Assembly (NCBI GenBank): GCA_032718475.1
Contig: JAUCBJ010007526.1
Location: 1 to 64,000 of the forward strand
Origin: Nemertoderma westbladi
Lineage: Eukaryota > Animalia > Xenacoelomorpha
Reading direction: 5' to 3'
Length of the DNA: 64,000 bases
Made by a program: the position numbers and the translations under genes. This document shows positions 13,128 through 26,085 of the stretch, piece by piece. A model generated the notes under the pieces. It searched no databases. It was given only the letters and a program-made list of their open reading frames with translations, and was not told the origin of the DNA. Within the stretch, counting starts at the first letter, position 1. Each line of letters opens with the position of its first letter.

Positions 13128-14042
13128 CGATATCACTGAATCCGGAGTCCGTTCCGCCAAGGATCCGTCGATATCACTGAATCCGGAGTCCGTTCCGCCA
13201 AGGATCCGTCGATATCACTGAATCCGGAGTCCGTTCCGCCAAGGATCCGTCGATATCACTGAATCCGGAGTCCGTTCCGCCAAGGATCCGTCGATATCAC
13301 TGAATCCGGAGTCCGTTCCGCCAAGGATCCGTCGATATCACTGAATCCGGAGTCCGTTCCACCAAGGATCCGTCGATATCACTGAATCCGGAGTCCGTTC
13401 CGCCAAGGATCCGTCGATATCACTGAATCCGGAGTCCGTTCCGCCAAGGATCCGTCGATATCACTGAATCCGGAGTCCGTTCCGCCAAGGATCCGTCGAT
13501 ATCACTGAATCCGGAGTCCGTTCCGCCAAGGATCCGTCGATATCACTGAATCCGGAGTCCGTTCCGCCAAGGATCCGTCGATATCACTGAATCCGGAGTC
13601 CGTTCCGCCAAGGATCCGTCGATATCACTGAATCCGGAGTCCGTTCCGCCAAGGATCCGTCGATATCACTGAATCCGGAGGTCCGTTTTCCACCAAGGAT
13701 ATCCGTCGATATCACTGAATCCGGAGTCCGTTCCGCCAAGGATCCGTCGATATCACTGAATCCGGAGTCCGTTCCGCCAAGGATCCGTCGATATCACTGA
13801 ATCCGGAGTCCGTTCCGCCAAGGATCCGTCGATATCACTGAATCCGGAGTCCGTTCCACCAAGGTATCCGTCGATATCACTGAATCCGGAGTCCGTTCCG
13901 CCAAGGATCCGTCGATATCACTGAATCCGGAGTCCGTTCCGCCAAGGATCCGTCGATATCACTGAATCCGGAGTCCGTTCCGCCAAGGATCCGTCGATAT
14001 CACTGAATCCGGAGTCCGTTCCACCAAGGATATCCGTCGATA
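13128..14042. repeat. Near-perfect 41-bp tandem array, ~22 copies (CGATATCACTGAATCCGGAGTCCGTTCCGCCAAGGATCCGT)
   Basis: Head-to-tail units without spacers; only ~4 units carry variants. Confidence 0.97.
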
Positions 14043-14266
14043 GCAAAGTGGAATAACTTTCCCGTTTCTTGGATCTGGAAAATTAATTTATTTATGTGTT
14101 AAAAAAATATAAGGCTCGGACTAGGACTATATTAGACTAAGACTTCATCATCTACACTAAATATCTGTTAAAGAAATGTTATTTCATTAATATCTTCGTT
14201 GGCTATTCGTGTCATTCATTACCGGTATCTACTGGATGTAAACCTAAATAAAAATAAATGGGGAAT

Positions 14267-14963
14267 TGTTGAGTGGCTGTCGCTGTGCTGTGACTTAGCG
14301 TTGAGTGGCTGTGACGTAGCGTTGGGTGGCCAGCGTTGGGTGGCCAGCATTGGTGACTGTGACATAGCGTTGGGTGGCTGTGCATAGCATTGAGTGGCTG
14401 TGACATAGCGTTGAGTGACTGTGACATATCGTTGAGTGGCTGTGACATAGCTTTGAGTGGCTGTGACAAAGCATTGAGCGGCTGTGACATATCATTGAGC
14501 GGCTGTGACATAGCATTGGGTGGTTGTGATGTGACATAGCGTTGGGAAACTGTGGCATAGCGTTGAGCGGCTGTGACATCGCATTGAGCGGCTGTGACAT
14601 AGCGTTGGGTGGCTGTGGCATAGCGTTGAGTGGTTGTTGTGACAAAGCGTTGAGTGGTTGTTGTGACAAAGCGTTGAGTGGCTGTGACATATCGTTGGGT
14701 GGCTGTGACAATACGTTGAGTGGCTGTGACATTGCGTTGATTGACTGTGACATAGCTTTGAGTGGCTGTGACATAGCATTGGGTGGCTGTGGCATAGCAT
14801 TGCGTGGTTGTGACATAGCGTTGAGTGGCTGTGACATGGCATTGAGCGCCTGTGAGATAGCGTTGAGTGGCTGTGACATAGCGTTGAGTGGTTGTGACAT
14901 ATGCGTTGAGTGAGCTGTGACATAGCATTGAGTGGTTGTAACATAGCTTTGAGTGGCTGTGAC
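14267..14963. repeat. 21-bp minisatellite, ~33 copies (GTTGAGTGGCTGTGACATAGC)
   Basis: Visible periodicity; produces spurious repetitive ORFs in several frames. Confidence 0.95.
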
Positions 14964-17003
14964 TTCTGTCTCGCCCAACTTCTGTCTCTGCTTCCAAAAG
15001 TATAAAAAAGCGTCTCGATATATAAAATATCGAGACTGGAAAAATATTTCGAGAAAATATCGCCATGGGATATATAGTGGTAGCTTAGTGAAAGGGTTTG
15101 GTTAGGTAAGTCTAGAGTTTAGTGTTGTCTTAGGATAGGGTTAGGTTGTAGATAGAGGGAGAGGCGGTATCACAACTCACCTCTGAGTATCAATGATCCA
15201 AGTATTGTTAGTTGTCTGGGTAATCAGTGTGAGTATCGTATTGGAAACATGATTGGATTCATTGTCGCTCATATATCTGTATATTCCACCTAAAAGGATA
15301 ATAATATATACATATAGCATTGCAGCAATTAGATCAACGTGCACAAGTCACCACAACCCATCACAGACTGTTTCACATTGACACTGCACTGGGGAATAAA
15401 GCAAACATTTACTTACCTACCATAGATAGCCAGAGTAAGGCATGTTTTATTTTAAATTACAGTTTAAGCATATGCACGATCTGACGATTTATAAACGGCC
15501 CAAAGTACCAAGTGGACCTAACCTAACAGCAAGGCCTAGTACAGTAGTAGTAAGTAAAATAATAACCTCATCGCCAGAATCTGATGCGTATCTTTTACCT
15601 GGGACTGGGACCGCATGTGTAATTTACTTCCGGCCGCCGGCGCTTTTTCCCTCTACAGCTCTATTTGATCCAAATAGATTACAGGATTAGGATTTTCATC
15701 ACTTGAATCACTGAAATAACGATATGTAAGAAGCCTATTCAAGTTCAATACAAACCTGTTAAGTGAAGAACCTTCGCATTAAATGTGGGCCAACTTGACA
15801 GTTGACAGAGATCTGCATCTGGATTCGAAAATTCTTTCCAACGTACCGGTAGTACTGAGTAGGCCGGCATTTCGAGGAGGCCATAATATTTTCCAGTCAG
15901 CCAGTGCAGCCCTTGCCGCTTGCCTGTTGTTTCGACCAACCAGAGCCAGGAAGACAGAGCCCAATCTAAACTCAACAAACTGTCGTCGTCATCGAATTAC
16001 TGGCACTGCACTGCCTGACTGGCTGACTGCATTACATACAGACATATTAGGCCTACTGTATTACAATACAATAGGCTAGGCTGCTAGGCCTATATAATGT
16101 ACAGATATATGACAGTCAGACAGTATGAAGCTTGATTAAAAATAACTTAAACAGTCAGACAGTTAATATAGGCATACGGCAGTAAACAAACATATGGCCA
16201 GATGCAGTATGGTCAACCCTATTGCAGCACTTAAACCAGTAAACAGCTGGCCTACACTGCAGCACTACTGTCAAGCTCTCAGAATGTGGCTGAGTGGGTG
16301 CTGGTAGGCTGGGGCAGGCAGTGGAGTGTCTACTGACTGACTGATGTACTGCAGTACTGCATGCACTGCCAGACTGCTGCATGATTTACTGATTTATAGG
16401 CCTATAAACGAATTTGGCGGTAAATTTTAGGCGGTTTATTCAAACAGCCTTAAGACAGATTGGCAATGATGTGCAGGACGTTTGTTCAACACGACAAAGT
16501 AGCATTTAACAAACAGCTGGAATAAACATGTATGATTTATGTTACACAATAACGTGTAAAACAAATGTTAAATAATTACATGATAAAACATGTTACATTT
16601 AGGTATCATAAAAACGTGATCAACAAATGTTTGATTATAACATGATTGAATATTATGTTATTTAGATGTTAAAATAACATGTTGATTAAAACAAGTTTAG
16701 AAAAAAAACATGTCAACATGATTCAAGCATATAAACGAACGTTTGGTATAATAACGTGTAGCGTGTCTGGTTAGCAGGGCGGTAGTGGTAGGCCTACCGA
16801 TATTAAAGAGACTCTCTACATCCGTTAACTCCGCCCTACTCTAAACTTTGTGTTGCGTATCGCAGTATCTTTTATATCTATTGTATTTGGATCTAATTGG
16901 TAACCCAATTATTCTATACCAAAGTTCACTTCTATGGCGCTCCACCCCCCTAAACACTGTAGCAGTTGCATTTAGTATTACAGTCAGCCAAACCCAGAAA
17001 GTA

Positions 17004-18305
17004 CAGTCCCAATCCCAATAAGCATTAACTTGGTCATTTTGGCAGCCAAAATTACCAAAATGGCCAAATAAAAACTGCGGTATTCCATGAAAGGAACTGC
17101 TGAGGCATGTTGGCTTGTCAATCACAGCCAGTGAATAGAGGCTGAGTGTAAGTGAAGCCCAGCACGTTGGCACTGAGGTAGAGTTCTCTCTACCTTCACG
17201 TAGAGAGAAAGACTCCAGTGTAGTAATGGCTGGACTCGCCACTGTAGTAAACATGCCTGTAAGAGTGCAGTGTGAGGCGCCCGCCCGAACTTATTATTTT
17301 CTACATAATTTTTACTAATCTAATAATTAACACACATTTACCTGTCACTTAGGTTATAAGCAGTGTGTGCTAGCACTTGCAGCGTAATAATTAATTAATT
17401 ATTTACTTTTATTGTATTCGATTGGTAATAAAAATAACAAGTTCATATATTTAATTCGTAAAAATTCTTTAAAATATGAGAAAAGTACTTTACACAGATT
17501 TTTCTTTATTTAGATGTTTAGTACGCTATAGTTATAACTGTTTAGTCCCCCCCCCCCCCCCTGCCTCGATAAATAATAATTACATAATCATAAATTCACC
17601 CAAATATATATGCCGACTCTGTTGACTGTTACCACAGAGCCAGAGCCTGATATTGTAATGTTTTCAGTTACTATCGCCCTCGAATTCAGACCCAGCTACT
17701 ACTGTACTAGAAATAGGCCGCGCCGCCTAATCTGAATTTCATCAGTATACCGAACTCGTTCGACACAGAGTGTCGCAATTTAATAGCTGCCTCTTGCCCT
17801 GTAACAGACCCAGCTACTAACTATATAACTATAATTAGGACGCCTTCATACAGAACACGTTGCCATTTCATAATGACTCTAAACTAAACTAAAGCTACAC
17901 AAAGGAAAAGGTGAGAAGTGATTATCTAATAATAACACACAAAATCCGATTATTATACATACAGTTCCTCCTTTTAATAAAGCCACATCCAACTAACTCC
18001 CTTATTACGTATTAGCCTGTGCTGTATCAATGCCTCAGTGGGTGGTCTCTCCTCTCTACTACAACTGCAAGGCCCGACTCAGCTCCGGGTAAGTTAACAA
18101 TCTGTCAATAATAAAAATGAAAGCGAGCCGACATTTAGTCAGAGCAACCAAATGGATGTCCAAGGAGACGGGCTGTCTGGACTTGGCTGAGTCGAGTTAA
18201 ATCGCTTCGCCAAAACGACCAAACAGCCCATAGGAATACACTGCATTTATTTGGCCATTTTGGCCGCCAAAACGACCAAGTTAATGCTTATTGGGATTGG
18301 GACTG
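17004..18305. mobile_element. Tc1/mariner (pogo-like) MITE
   Basis: TIR CAGTCCCAATCCCAATAAGCATTAACTTGGTC, extending imperfectly ~80 bp, flanked by TA on both sides. Confidence 0.85.
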
Positions 18306-18409
18306 TATTAAAGGCCACAACTGGTGGGGTTTGTGTCATTAGTTTCAATTATATTGGTATTATTTAGACTGTCACATTTATACGTCAGTTAGTCCGAATT
18401 GTATTAAAT

Positions 18410-19972
18410 ATGTCTTCGAATACTTTGAGTGACGCTGCTTGGGATTTACTGGATCGTATCATGGCAGATGAAAGTGATTCTCAGTCCGGTGGTGAGGAAC
18501 AAGAGATCTGCGTCGCTCCACCAACTGTTAATAAAGAAATCGACACAAACAGCGGTATAAATGTTATCAGTTTTAAATCAGAAGCGGAACCTATTTGCGG
18601 TACTTCCGAAGATAAATCTCAAAAGATCAAACAAGAGTTATATACAGATGAACAATATTCTAATAATCAAATCGGTAACACAAACAGCGGTATAAACGTT
18701 ATCAGTTTTAAATCAGAAGCGGAACCTATTTGCGGTACTTCCGAAGATAAATCTCAAAAGATCAAACAAGAGTTATGTACAGATGAACAATATTCTAATT
18801 ATCGAATCGGCAACACAAACAGCGGTATAAACGTTATCAGTTTTAAATCAGAAGCGGGAGCTATTTGCGGTACTTCCGAAGAGACATCTCAAAAGATCAA
18901 ACAAGAGTTATGTACAGATGAACAATATTCAAATAATAAAATCGGCAACACAAACAGCGGTATAAATGTTATCAGTTTTAAATCAGAAGCGGAATCTATT
19001 TGCGGTACATCCGAAGATACATATTTTCGACATGTAAAACAAGATTTCTGTATTGAGGAACCTTCAGTTAGTGAGGTAGACATTTCGGTTAATAAATGTA
19101 AACAGTTTAAATGTGTTTATTGTGATAAAGTTTATAAACGCCAGCAAAAATTAAAGATCCACATACAATCAGTACATAAATGTATCAAGTATAAATGCGT
19201 TTCTTGTGACAAACAATTTAGTGTCAAAGGCGGCCTAAAGAGACACATGGAATCAGTACATAAAGGTGTAAAGTATAATTGCGGTTCTTGTGACAAACAA
19301 TTTAGTGACCAAGGATATCTGAAGATACACATGGAATCACTACATAAAGGTATCAAGCATAATTGCGGTTCTTGTGACAAACAATTTAGTGTCAAAGGAG
19401 GCCTAAATAGACACATGGAATCAGTACATAAAGGTATCAAGTATAATTGCGGTTCTTGTGACAAACAATTTAATGTCAAAGGAAATCTAAAGATCCACAT
19501 ACAATCAGTACATAAAGGTATCAAGTATTATTGTGAATCTTGTGACAAACAATTCAGTGACAAACAGATTCTAAAGAGACACGTGGAATCAGTTCATAGA
19601 AATATCAAGTATAGTTGCGTTTCTTGTGACAAACAATTTCGTGGTAAAGGATATCTGAAGAGACACATAGAATCAGTCCATAAAGGTGTCAAGTATAAAT
19701 GCGGTTCTTGTGACAAACATTTTAGTCGAAAAGGGCCTCTAAAGATCCACATACAATCAGTTCATAAAGGTGTCAAGTATAATTGCGGTTCTTGTGACAA
19801 ACAATTTAGTCGAAAAGGGCCACTAAAGATCCACATACAATCAGTTCATAAAGGCATCAAGTATAATTGCGGTTCCTGTGACAAACAATTTACTCAACAA
19901 GGAAATCTAAAGAGACACATGGAATCAGTACATAAAGGCATTGAGTATAATTGCGTTTCTTGTGACGTGTAA
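18410..19972 (+). CDS. Intronless C2H2 zinc-finger protein (10 complete fingers, 45-aa N-terminal repeats), 520 aa
   Basis: Ten CxxC-x12-H-x4-H units with KG[IV]KYxC linkers; 135-bp repeat starting at 18543, 18678, 18813 and 18948. Confidence 0.92.
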   Translation: MSSNTLSDAAWDLLDRIMADESDSQSGGEEQEICVAPPTVNKEIDTNSGINVISFKSEAEPICGTSEDKSQKIKQELYTDEQYSNNQIGNTNSGINVISFKSEAEPICGTSEDKSQKIKQELCTDEQYSNYRIGNTNSGINVISFKSEAGAICGTSEETSQKIKQELCTDEQYSNNKIGNTNSGINVISFKSEAESICGTSEDTYFRHVKQDFCIEEPSVSEVDISVNKCKQFKCVYCDKVYKRQQKLKIHIQSVHKCIKYKCVSCDKQFSVKGGLKRHMESVHKGVKYNCGSCDKQFSDQGYLKIHMESLHKGIKHNCGSCDKQFSVKGGLNRHMESVHKGIKYNCGSCDKQFNVKGNLKIHIQSVHKGIKYYCESCDKQFSDKQILKRHVESVHRNIKYSCVSCDKQFRGKGYLKRHIESVHKGVKYKCGSCDKHFSRKGPLKIHIQSVHKGVKYNCGSCDKQFSRKGPLKIHIQSVHKGIKYNCGSCDKQFTQQGNLKRHMESVHKGIEYNCVSCDV

Positions 19973-20519
19973 ACGATTTAGTGAAAAACTGCATCTAAGG
20001 AGACAGATACACTCAGTTCATAAAGACACCAATAAGTAACCTGATGGAGGAATCCTGTGATGTCAACATAAAAACTGGGGTACCTCTGTCTGTCTTTCCG
20101 TCTATAGGATGTACAAACTATAGATGTGTGGACGTTATTATCTAAAACTGAAAGTAATTATCCAAACTGAGTTGATATAGTATTTAGATTAATGTTTTAT
20201 ATATATTGAACGATATTATTCCATAATACCATAAGTTTTTTCATAAATTGTAGGGGCCTACGGTAATTCGATATAATGTATACCACCTCAATGTAATTTT
20301 ACAATGTGTAAGTTTCATCAACGACTCATATTATAGAGTATTTACTTTTCTAATAACCTGCGACCGCGAGCGAGTGTATATCAGGACCTAGCACTGACCC
20401 CTGGGGTAATCTAAACTACAGGGCACATGTATGTAAGAAATAATAATATTTTTTTACTGGATTATGGATCAAAATTTAATAGTGATTTCAAAACTGAAAA
20501 CGAGATAGCGAGATCTCTT

Positions 20520-21300
20520 TTAGTTCTCGAGAGTTATAGCTGTCTTTTTGCCTGTCAGTCGGATTTGTCTGACAAAATTCAAGAAACACATGCATTGTAA
20601 AATTTTCGCTATGGGATTTTTCCTGTTTAGTGATCTCATTTCTAATGTCGATTTTAATGTTTCATATTTTCTAGATTGCCTGTATGTCTATCTGTTTGTC
20701 TTTTGGCCTGTCTATCTGTCTGTCTTTTGGCCTGTATGTCTATCAGTCAAAATTCATGAATGAAATACACAACTGAAAATGTTGTTATAGAGGTTTTCCT
20801 GGTCTATGATTCCATATCTAATGTTTGTTTTAACGTTTAAATGATTCTTAGATGGTCTATCCGGCTGTCTGTTATATTTTGACGGACAGACCGACAAGTA
20901 AACAGACAAACACAAAGCCATTATATTTGAATACTGGGACCAGAAATGGAATCACCGACCAGGAAAACCCCTTTAAAGTATTATCTAGGTCGTGTCCTTT
21001 CCTAATTTCGACTGACAGACAGACAGATTGTCTGATAAACAGACAGACTGCCAGTAAGACAGTCTGAAATACTTCAAACGTTAAAACTAACATCGCGAAT
21101 GAAATCACAGACCAGGAAAAACCCCATAACCTAAATTTCAATTCGGTAGTGTGTTTCTTCAATTAATGACTTACAGACAGAATAACAGACATACATAAAC
21201 AGACAGACTGACAGTATGGAATTCATCAAACATTAAAATTGACATCGGGAATGCAATCGCCACTCCGGAAAACCCCCATATCGAAAATTTGAGTTAAGAA
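20520..21300. mobile_element. Non-autonomous element with ~150-175-bp modules in inverted arrangement (MITE- or Helitron-like)
   Basis: Module AATCACxGACCAGGAAAACCCC plus (AGAC)n at ~20950, 21102 and 21255, with reverse-complement copies at ~20614 and 20792. Confidence 0.5.
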
Positions 21301-23279
21301 CTATTAATCCTTATTTTTGGAATATAATTTGAATTATCCCTCCATTTAACAAAAACTGGCGGGAAGGTTTGAAAACTTTAAATGGCTTTATCTCAGAAAT
21401 TTATTTTTCGTTTTTTATTTTTTACTCATGTACCTGTTTCTCTGGAACCACTACCAAATTGCATGAAATTTTCAATATATGTTCTAATAAAATTCTTAAT
21501 AGATGGTACCACCGTTTAGACATGTACTGTAGGTTAGTAATTGCAAAAAATTACATCACAAAAAACGACCAAAATAGGTTTTTTTTCAATTTTCAAAAAT
21601 GACATGTTTCATTTTGAAAATTTCTGTTGCCTAATTGACTTTTATTTTTTTTGGTACCACGTTTGAGACACATGCTAAATTAATTCCCCTCCAAATGTCA
21701 AGCCATTCTGTTGAACCAATTCCTGGGAAGAGGTACATAAGCGTAATAGTCCAATGTATTGAGAAACACGTGCCCTTCATACAGTGCCACAAGTCGCTTA
21801 GAATCCTGACACCCATGTACTGTAGTTAGTATTTGAACCAATCCAAAGGGGTCCCTCGACCCACAATAATGATAGACAGTGGCAAATGCGGCACTTTAAC
21901 TCTAATAATATCAAATGGACTGCGGAACCAGCATCAATATCGCGCAATATATGGCCTATCGTTGTTTTTGTTTTGAGGAAATCGCATTTAGTTGGATTTC
22001 GGTAAATAGATTTTAGTTTTATTATCTAACTTATTATATGTCTCAAATTTTATGGAGATTTCATATCTGCCGTTGCCTTTGTCAAATCTCTTTTAGTTTC
22101 CATGATATCTGGAGTGAATGGGGTCCCAATACGGTAACACGACAATTTAATTTATACGGTAGCTATAGTTTGTACAGTAATATAAATATCTGAAATATCC
22201 ATTTTAGGCTATACGTATGTCTATGGTACTGTAGGTTCGTTACTATTTGATGTACCAACACACAGACAGTCATACAGACAGTCTAGAACCAGTCAGATGT
22301 GAAAATTGAAATCAGAACACCATTCCCCTACCTGAAAACCCCCACAGCGAGAATATTAACTAGACGGTGTGCCTCAATTTTACAAGTGTGAAGAATGCAA
22401 GAATGAGTCTCAGTTATCATTAAAATATTTACTGTAAATGTGTTTGTCTTGAAATTCAGTTTCAGAATGTACCGTATTATTACTCGAATAATCAAAACAC
22501 CAACTCGAATCACACTCACAATGACAAAACACCGCAAGTCTGTCAGTTGCGGTGTTTTTGCATTGTATAAATTTAATGCATAAATTGGGGGGCGGTTTTT
22601 AATTTTTAAATAACTCGAAAGTGGTTGTATAAACAAAAAAACTTGGGAACGGGGAATTATTATGAAATAAAAAAAAAGCCCGAAATTTGTCGAAGCTTAT
22701 TAAATTACCCGTCATATGAAGCGAAAATTACAAAAAACGGTTAAATGACAGGAGTAGTGTTTGTTGCGTGAAAAAATTTAATTCCGAGAAAATTGCCTTG
22801 AAAGTTTAAACATTCCCACACAAAACTGCCCATATGGGGTCTGGTTGGTTAATAATGTGTGCGTGTGGTATGAAGCAAGTTACACCACAGAGCTATACTT
22901 TTCATTATGATGGTTTTCGAGGTCCGTGATTTTATATCCAATGTCATTTTTATGTTCGATAGAATTTAGTCTCTTTGACTATTGGTCAGCCTCTGGCTGG
23001 ACTTAACATTATGATGCAATAATGATTTTGTTGTGATATTTCATTATTATGATATTTGCACTGCTTGTTTATTTCGTGCCCCTGGGGGCACATTAAAAAA
23101 AATGTTCTCGAATGTTATACTGTATTTGCGTTCTATAATCGTGATCAGCATCCAAAAAACGCTATATGCAGAAAATAAATTACTTTTAGTGAGCCATAAA
23201 AACTTACTTAAAATAAAACATTATTATTAATTCGGATTAGTTTTTGTAATTTTATATTTTTTTGGAGATGAACTGGTTA

Positions 23280-25690
23280 GTTAAGTTTATGGGAGAGTGG
23301 AGAGTAATTGTTTTTTGTATGAGGCAGAAAAACAGGGTTTTGAATTTTTAAGTTTAAATTTATGTGGTATTGCATTCCAAATCGTCGGGCCTTGGAAACT
23401 CATGGAAGTTTGAGAGGAACATAGACGTACTTTAGGGATAGTATAACCGGAGTTGCTGGAGAGGCGAGTAGAGTAATTATGAAGGGAGGATATTTTTTGG
23501 AATAGAGAGCCTACAGTAGATTCAGCGGGATAGTATTGGAGTTAATATCGTACATAAAGTTTCCTACTTGGTGTCTATATAGGAGGTCCAGCGGAAGAAA
23601 TGACCTTCATAAGGCGCAGAAAGAGTCCCGACTCAAACAGACTACAGCGGCCAAGAATGCAGTTAAGGCTGCATCTAGGTCCCTGAACAGGCAGTACTCT
23701 GTTAATCTACAGGAGCTAATAAACCAACAGGTTGATGCCATCAATGATGCTGACGACAGCAGGCAATCATCCCAGGCATGGAAATCGATCAATCTGCTTA
23801 CTGGGCGGAAAAGCCAACCAACCACCAAGGTTAAGGCTGAATCACCAGCCGATCGCCTCAATGGTTGGAAAGCCCACTTTGAAAAGCTCCTCAATAATGA
23901 CAGGGTATTGCCTGATAACTTTATAGAAGTAAAAGTGTCTGAGTCTGTACTCCCAGATATTCCCATTGGCGATATCTCCTTTGCAGAAGTGAAGGCTGCT
24001 GCAAAGAGCATTAAGACCAATCGTGCCAGTGGAGTAGATGGTGTTCCCCCTGAGGTCTTTAAAATACCTGAGTGTTTAAAGCTCATCTATCCCATCATAG
24101 TAGACATGTACCGTACAACAAGAGTCCCACAAGAAATGAAAACAAATAAGTTGGTGCCAGTTCCCAAGAAGGGCAACCTAACACTCTATGGTTCTTTTCG
24201 GGGAATCTCATTGATCTCGATTGCTGCAAAACTATACAATAGAATTCTATTAAATCGCATCAGGGATCCCATTGAGAGACTGCTACGTGGAAATCAGAAT
24301 GGGTTCCGTAAAGGTCGTGGGACCATGGAGCCCATTTTGGCACTTAGAAGGATGATTGAAGAGTTATCAAAAAAGAAAGACAGGCATCTGGCTGTTATCT
24401 TTGTTGACTTCTTCAAGGCCTTTGATTCAGTCTCTCGCTCACGTATGTTCAGCATACTTTCATTATATGGGATTCCTGATGAAATTATTGCAGCAATCAG
24501 ATCAGTATACGATGGTTCGACAACATTTGTGTCTACTGTTGACGGTGACACAGAACCATTTGAAGTGTTATGGGGCGTCCTCCAAGGAGACACACTTGCA
24601 CCATTCTTGTTCATTATTGTGGTTGACTATGTTCTACGCATGTCCTTAGATCATCATAATGATGATGGGGTGATGATAACTCCACCTACTGGCTCCAGAA
24701 GTCGAGGAAATCCTGCCAAGTACCTAACTGATCTAGACTTTGCTGATGACTTAGGAGTACTCTCAGAATCATTAGAGGGAGCCCAACGGCTCCTTCAGCT
24801 CATTAGAACATGCTGCTTCTAGTGTTGGTCTTTTTATTAACTCCAGAAAGACCAAAATTCTGACAGTTAACTTTGAAAGTCCTCAGCAAGTCTCTGATCG
24901 GATGAGCATAAGCTCAAAGGATGGTATGCTTGAGCATGTGGACGACTTCTGTTACCTGGGATCATGGATCCGGAAGTCAGGTGAGGACCTTCGAATACGT
25001 AAGGGAAAGGCATGGGCAGCCTTGAATAGGCTTTCCAGGATTTGGAAGTCACCTAGAATTAATCGGAAACTTAAGGTCCGATTATTTAGAGCAGCAGTAG
25101 TTCCAGTACTCCTCTACGGGAGTCCATGCTGGGCTCTAACTGCTGAGGACACCAAATCTCTGGATGGCACATTCACAAGAATGCTACGCCGGGTACATTG
25201 TGTCAAGTACAATGCACACATCTCCAACCAGACACTATATAACATTGGAGGTGTCTCATTGGTTCCCCCAAGCTTGACACTAGAACAAAATCGCCTCCGC
25301 TTTGCAGGACATTGCTTTCGCCGTGAGGACCAGCCAGTGCATAATCTTGTACTTTGGCAGCCTCATGGAGTGAATAAGCATGGTGGACAGCCCATGACTT
25401 TCTTGATACGCATCTTAAAGGACACTGGCCTTAAAGATGCGGATGATCTAGCAAATGTCATGGGTGATAGGGAGTTGTGGCGGTGCAATTTTGTTGACAA
25501 GCCGGCACAGCATTCTTAAAAATGCAGCTGCAATGCAGCATGCCGATCCTAGTAGTAGTAGTAGGAAGAATACTAAGTGATTTATAAATAGGTCTAGAAG
25601 GGGCTTGATAGTGGGAAAAGGTTATACAGCGTACGAGTTTGTTAATTTTAATTTGTAGTGGTTTTAGAGTAGTTGATCGGCAGACGAGAG
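23280..25690 (-). mobile_element. L2/CR1-clade LINE 3' fragment, interrupted by an RTE insertion
   Basis: Rejoined translation LKPLQIKINKLVRCITFSHYQAPSRPIYKSLSILP/LDLLYRHQVGNFMY...HNYSTR...FQGPTIWNAIP, typical of the ORF2 C-terminus. Confidence 0.75.
23600..25563 (+). mobile_element. 5'-truncated RTE-clade LINE with frameshifted RT
   Basis: RT motifs FRGISL, QNGFRKGR, FVDFFKAFDSV, GVLQGDTLAPFLF, LDFADD, YLGS; frameshifts near 24810-24900; (TAG)n tail; 7-bp TSD GGAAGAA at 23593-23599 and 25564-25570. Confidence 0.92.
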
Positions 25691-26085
25691 ACCGGCACCG
25701 GCCAGGTGCCGGTGCCACTAGGTGGGATTAAAACGAGAAGCCAGGGTGACCGGAAAATATGGATAATGTACAGGTACACCCTGATAGTGTGATATTAAAA
25801 AATATCATTTATTTATATTGCACAATAGCAATTAATTAATTGTTTACGGCCGGTTGTGATTGCGTTACATCGCTGCTTAATTTTATAATATTAGTTTCGT
25901 AAAGTTTCGCCATGGTTACTATAAGATTTAACAAAGACACAATTAAAGCAATCAACCTAAAAGTAAAAGTAAAAAAAGAATAATAACTAATTTGATAATC
26001 TATTCCATAGGGTGTTATATAATTACAGATACATTGCGTTATGCATAGGGGTAATATAGCGATGCAATTGTTAGTTAGTAGTAAG

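Larger units (their letters stand above)
11857..16779. mobile_element. Non-autonomous EnSpm/CACTA(CMC)-like DNA transposon, 4.9 kb, carrying satellites
   Basis: Termini CCCTGATAAC...GTTAGCAGGG, 2-bp CG duplication on both sides, AAACGT/AAACATG subterminal repeats at both ends. It splits a tandem repeat whose units continue on both flanks. Confidence 0.7.

Noticed and set aside
13128-14042. CRISPR-like array
   Set aside because: Units are contiguous with no unique spacers, there are no cas genes, and the context is eukaryotic.
14212-15066. Repetitive ORFs (TATQRYV, MSQPLNA, LCHSHST)
   Set aside because: Artefacts of a 21-bp minisatellite that is open in several frames at once.
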